This document shows, in pieces, positions 62,532 through 64,000 of a stretch of DNA of 64,000 bases. A program made the position numbers and the translations under genes. Origin of the DNA: Sminthopsis crassicaudata (Eukaryota). The stretch is from the NCBI RefSeq assembly GCF_048593235.1, contig NC_133622.1:249802055-249866054 (forward strand), in the 5' to 3' direction. The notes under the pieces are model-generated. The model had not been told where the DNA came from. It ran no database searches and saw nothing but the letters and a program-made list of their open reading frames with translations. How positions within the stretch are numbered: position 1 is the first letter of the stretch; every line of letters starts with the position of its first letter.

Positions 62532-63624
62532 GCCTGTGATTGAAGTGAGCTCTGCCTCTGGCCTGTCCCGGACAGTCCGATTGGACGCTGGGGTCCCATT
62601 GGAGGAATGTTTGGGCTCCAGGACAAGCTCGGGCCCTGGTGCTTGGTTGTAGGTGTGGGAGTGTGCCCGGGCACTCACATGTGTGATTGTGTATGTATGT
62701 ATACAATGTGTGTGTGTGCGTGCACGGTATGTGTGTTTAATGTGCTTGGTGTGTGTGTGGGCAGGGCTCATCAGGGCAGGACCTAGGTGTGGGCAGGGGT
62801 TTGGCGAGAATGTTCAAGGCCCTTCCACCAGGAAATGGGCCCTGAGTGTGGGGGCAAGCCTGACCTGGCAGGTTTTTCTGGCCCATATCCTGAATTGGCA
62901 AAGGGTCCTCAGCACAGCGCAGGGGTGACCTTGAATTCTCCAAGGCTCTGCCAGATGGGTGCAAGCTTGGCCAGGCTCTGTCTTACTGGGAAGAGTTCTA
63001 GTGGACTCCCAGAGACCAGCGAGCACCGGGAGCCACTTAACCATGACAACTGATGAAAGAGGGAAAAATACAGATGGGACTGAGGGCCCTCAGTCCCCTC
63101 TGCCCTTGTGCAGTGATGAGAAAAGCCCCCAGAGGAGGCTGGGAAATCAGTTTTCCAACTTGGGTGTCAGTGTGCTAAATGGAAACTCTTCGACCAGAGG
63201 TCAGGGGGTGCCCATGAGCTCAAAACATCACAGCATCACAAGCTTAGAGTGGGGCAGGAGCCTTCCGAGGCTGCAGAGTGGCGTGGTCTCACTTTAAGTA
63301 TGAGGAAACAGAGGCACATCCAGGCGAAGTGACCTGGAAACACAGCAACTGCTCCCAGGTGGGTATTCTCACTAAACCCATCTAGAAGAAAGGAGGAGGT
63401 GGAGGTTAGGGGAAGGAAGCCTCCTAGGCTCTCAGGGCAGAGGCCTTAGAAGGAGGAGGAGATCTTAGGTTAATCCTGCATCCAAGGGCAGCAGAACATG
63501 ATCCTCTCATAAGGAAGAGCTCTGGACAAGTATTTGTATTTAGATCAGCATGAAAATAATTGTAGAGAATGACCGTTGTTGCAGAGAATGAGGAAGTAGA
63601 GAAATTCCCTGAAGAACTAGAGCT

Positions 63625-63745
63625 AGTGGGCAGTTAGATGGCCCAGTGGATAGAGCACAGGCTCTGGAGTCAGGAAGATCTGAGTTCAAATCCAACCTCA
63701 GTTTTGATACACATTAGCTGTATGGCCCCAATTGCCTTAAAGCAA
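63625..63745 (+). mobile_element. WSINE1/MAR1-type SINE fragment
   Basis: gggcagttagatggcccagtggatagagcacaggctctggagtcaggaagatctgagttcaaatcc. Confidence 0.75.
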
Positions 63746-64000
63746 ATAAACAAAAAGAACTTATTGTAGTCCTGCAAAGCAAGGCAGCATATAGTCTGAT
63801 ACTCTATAACCTCGGCATAAAGGAGGGTGGTGAGAAAAACCCAGAAGGCTAAGGTGTAAGATAAGCCATAGATGGGCAGACTGTGGAGGAAGAAACTTCA
63901 CCTCGAGAGACTATGATGAGCATTTATATTCACGAAAAGTTTTGGTCCAAGACAATCCAAATAAATTTTGGGTAAAAAATGCCATCTGCCTTCAGAAAGA

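Noticed and set aside
62531-64000. RPS6KA4, the next gene in human synteny
   Set aside because: No CpG island or recognisable first exon within the window; presumably further downstream.

Overview
Mammalian genomic DNA, most likely an Australian marsupial (WSINE1-, MAR1/MIR-, RTE- and marsupial L1-type repeats); I cannot fix the species from the sequence. The window is syntenic to human 11q13.1 and contains, in order: the last five coding exons of KCNK4 (+, 5'-partial), CATSPERZ/TEX40 (+, 5 exons, 205 aa), ESRRA (+, non-coding exon 1 plus 6 coding exons, 426 aa), TRMT112 (-, 4 exons, 126 aa), PRDX5 (+, 6 exons, 206 aa), about 19 kb of repeat-rich intergenic DNA, and CCDC88B (+, 27 coding exons, 1470 aa). 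All gene models were rebuilt by hand from GT-AG boundaries with consistent phases. There are three short N gaps. I found no new multi-gene system. The most interesting observations are: a splice-terminated, repeat-expanded uORF in the ESRRA leader; an L1 3' transduction with target-site duplication; a near-perfect 156-bp inverted duplication next to CCDC88B exon 14; an apparent exact 8-heptad coiled-coil insertion in CCDC88B; a 2.9-kb purine satellite with two higher-order periods in PRDX5 intron 1; and a SINE-borne consensus CTCF motif between the TRMT112 and PRDX5 promoters. Comparisons with human proteins and repeat consensus sequences are from memory and need confirming by alignment.
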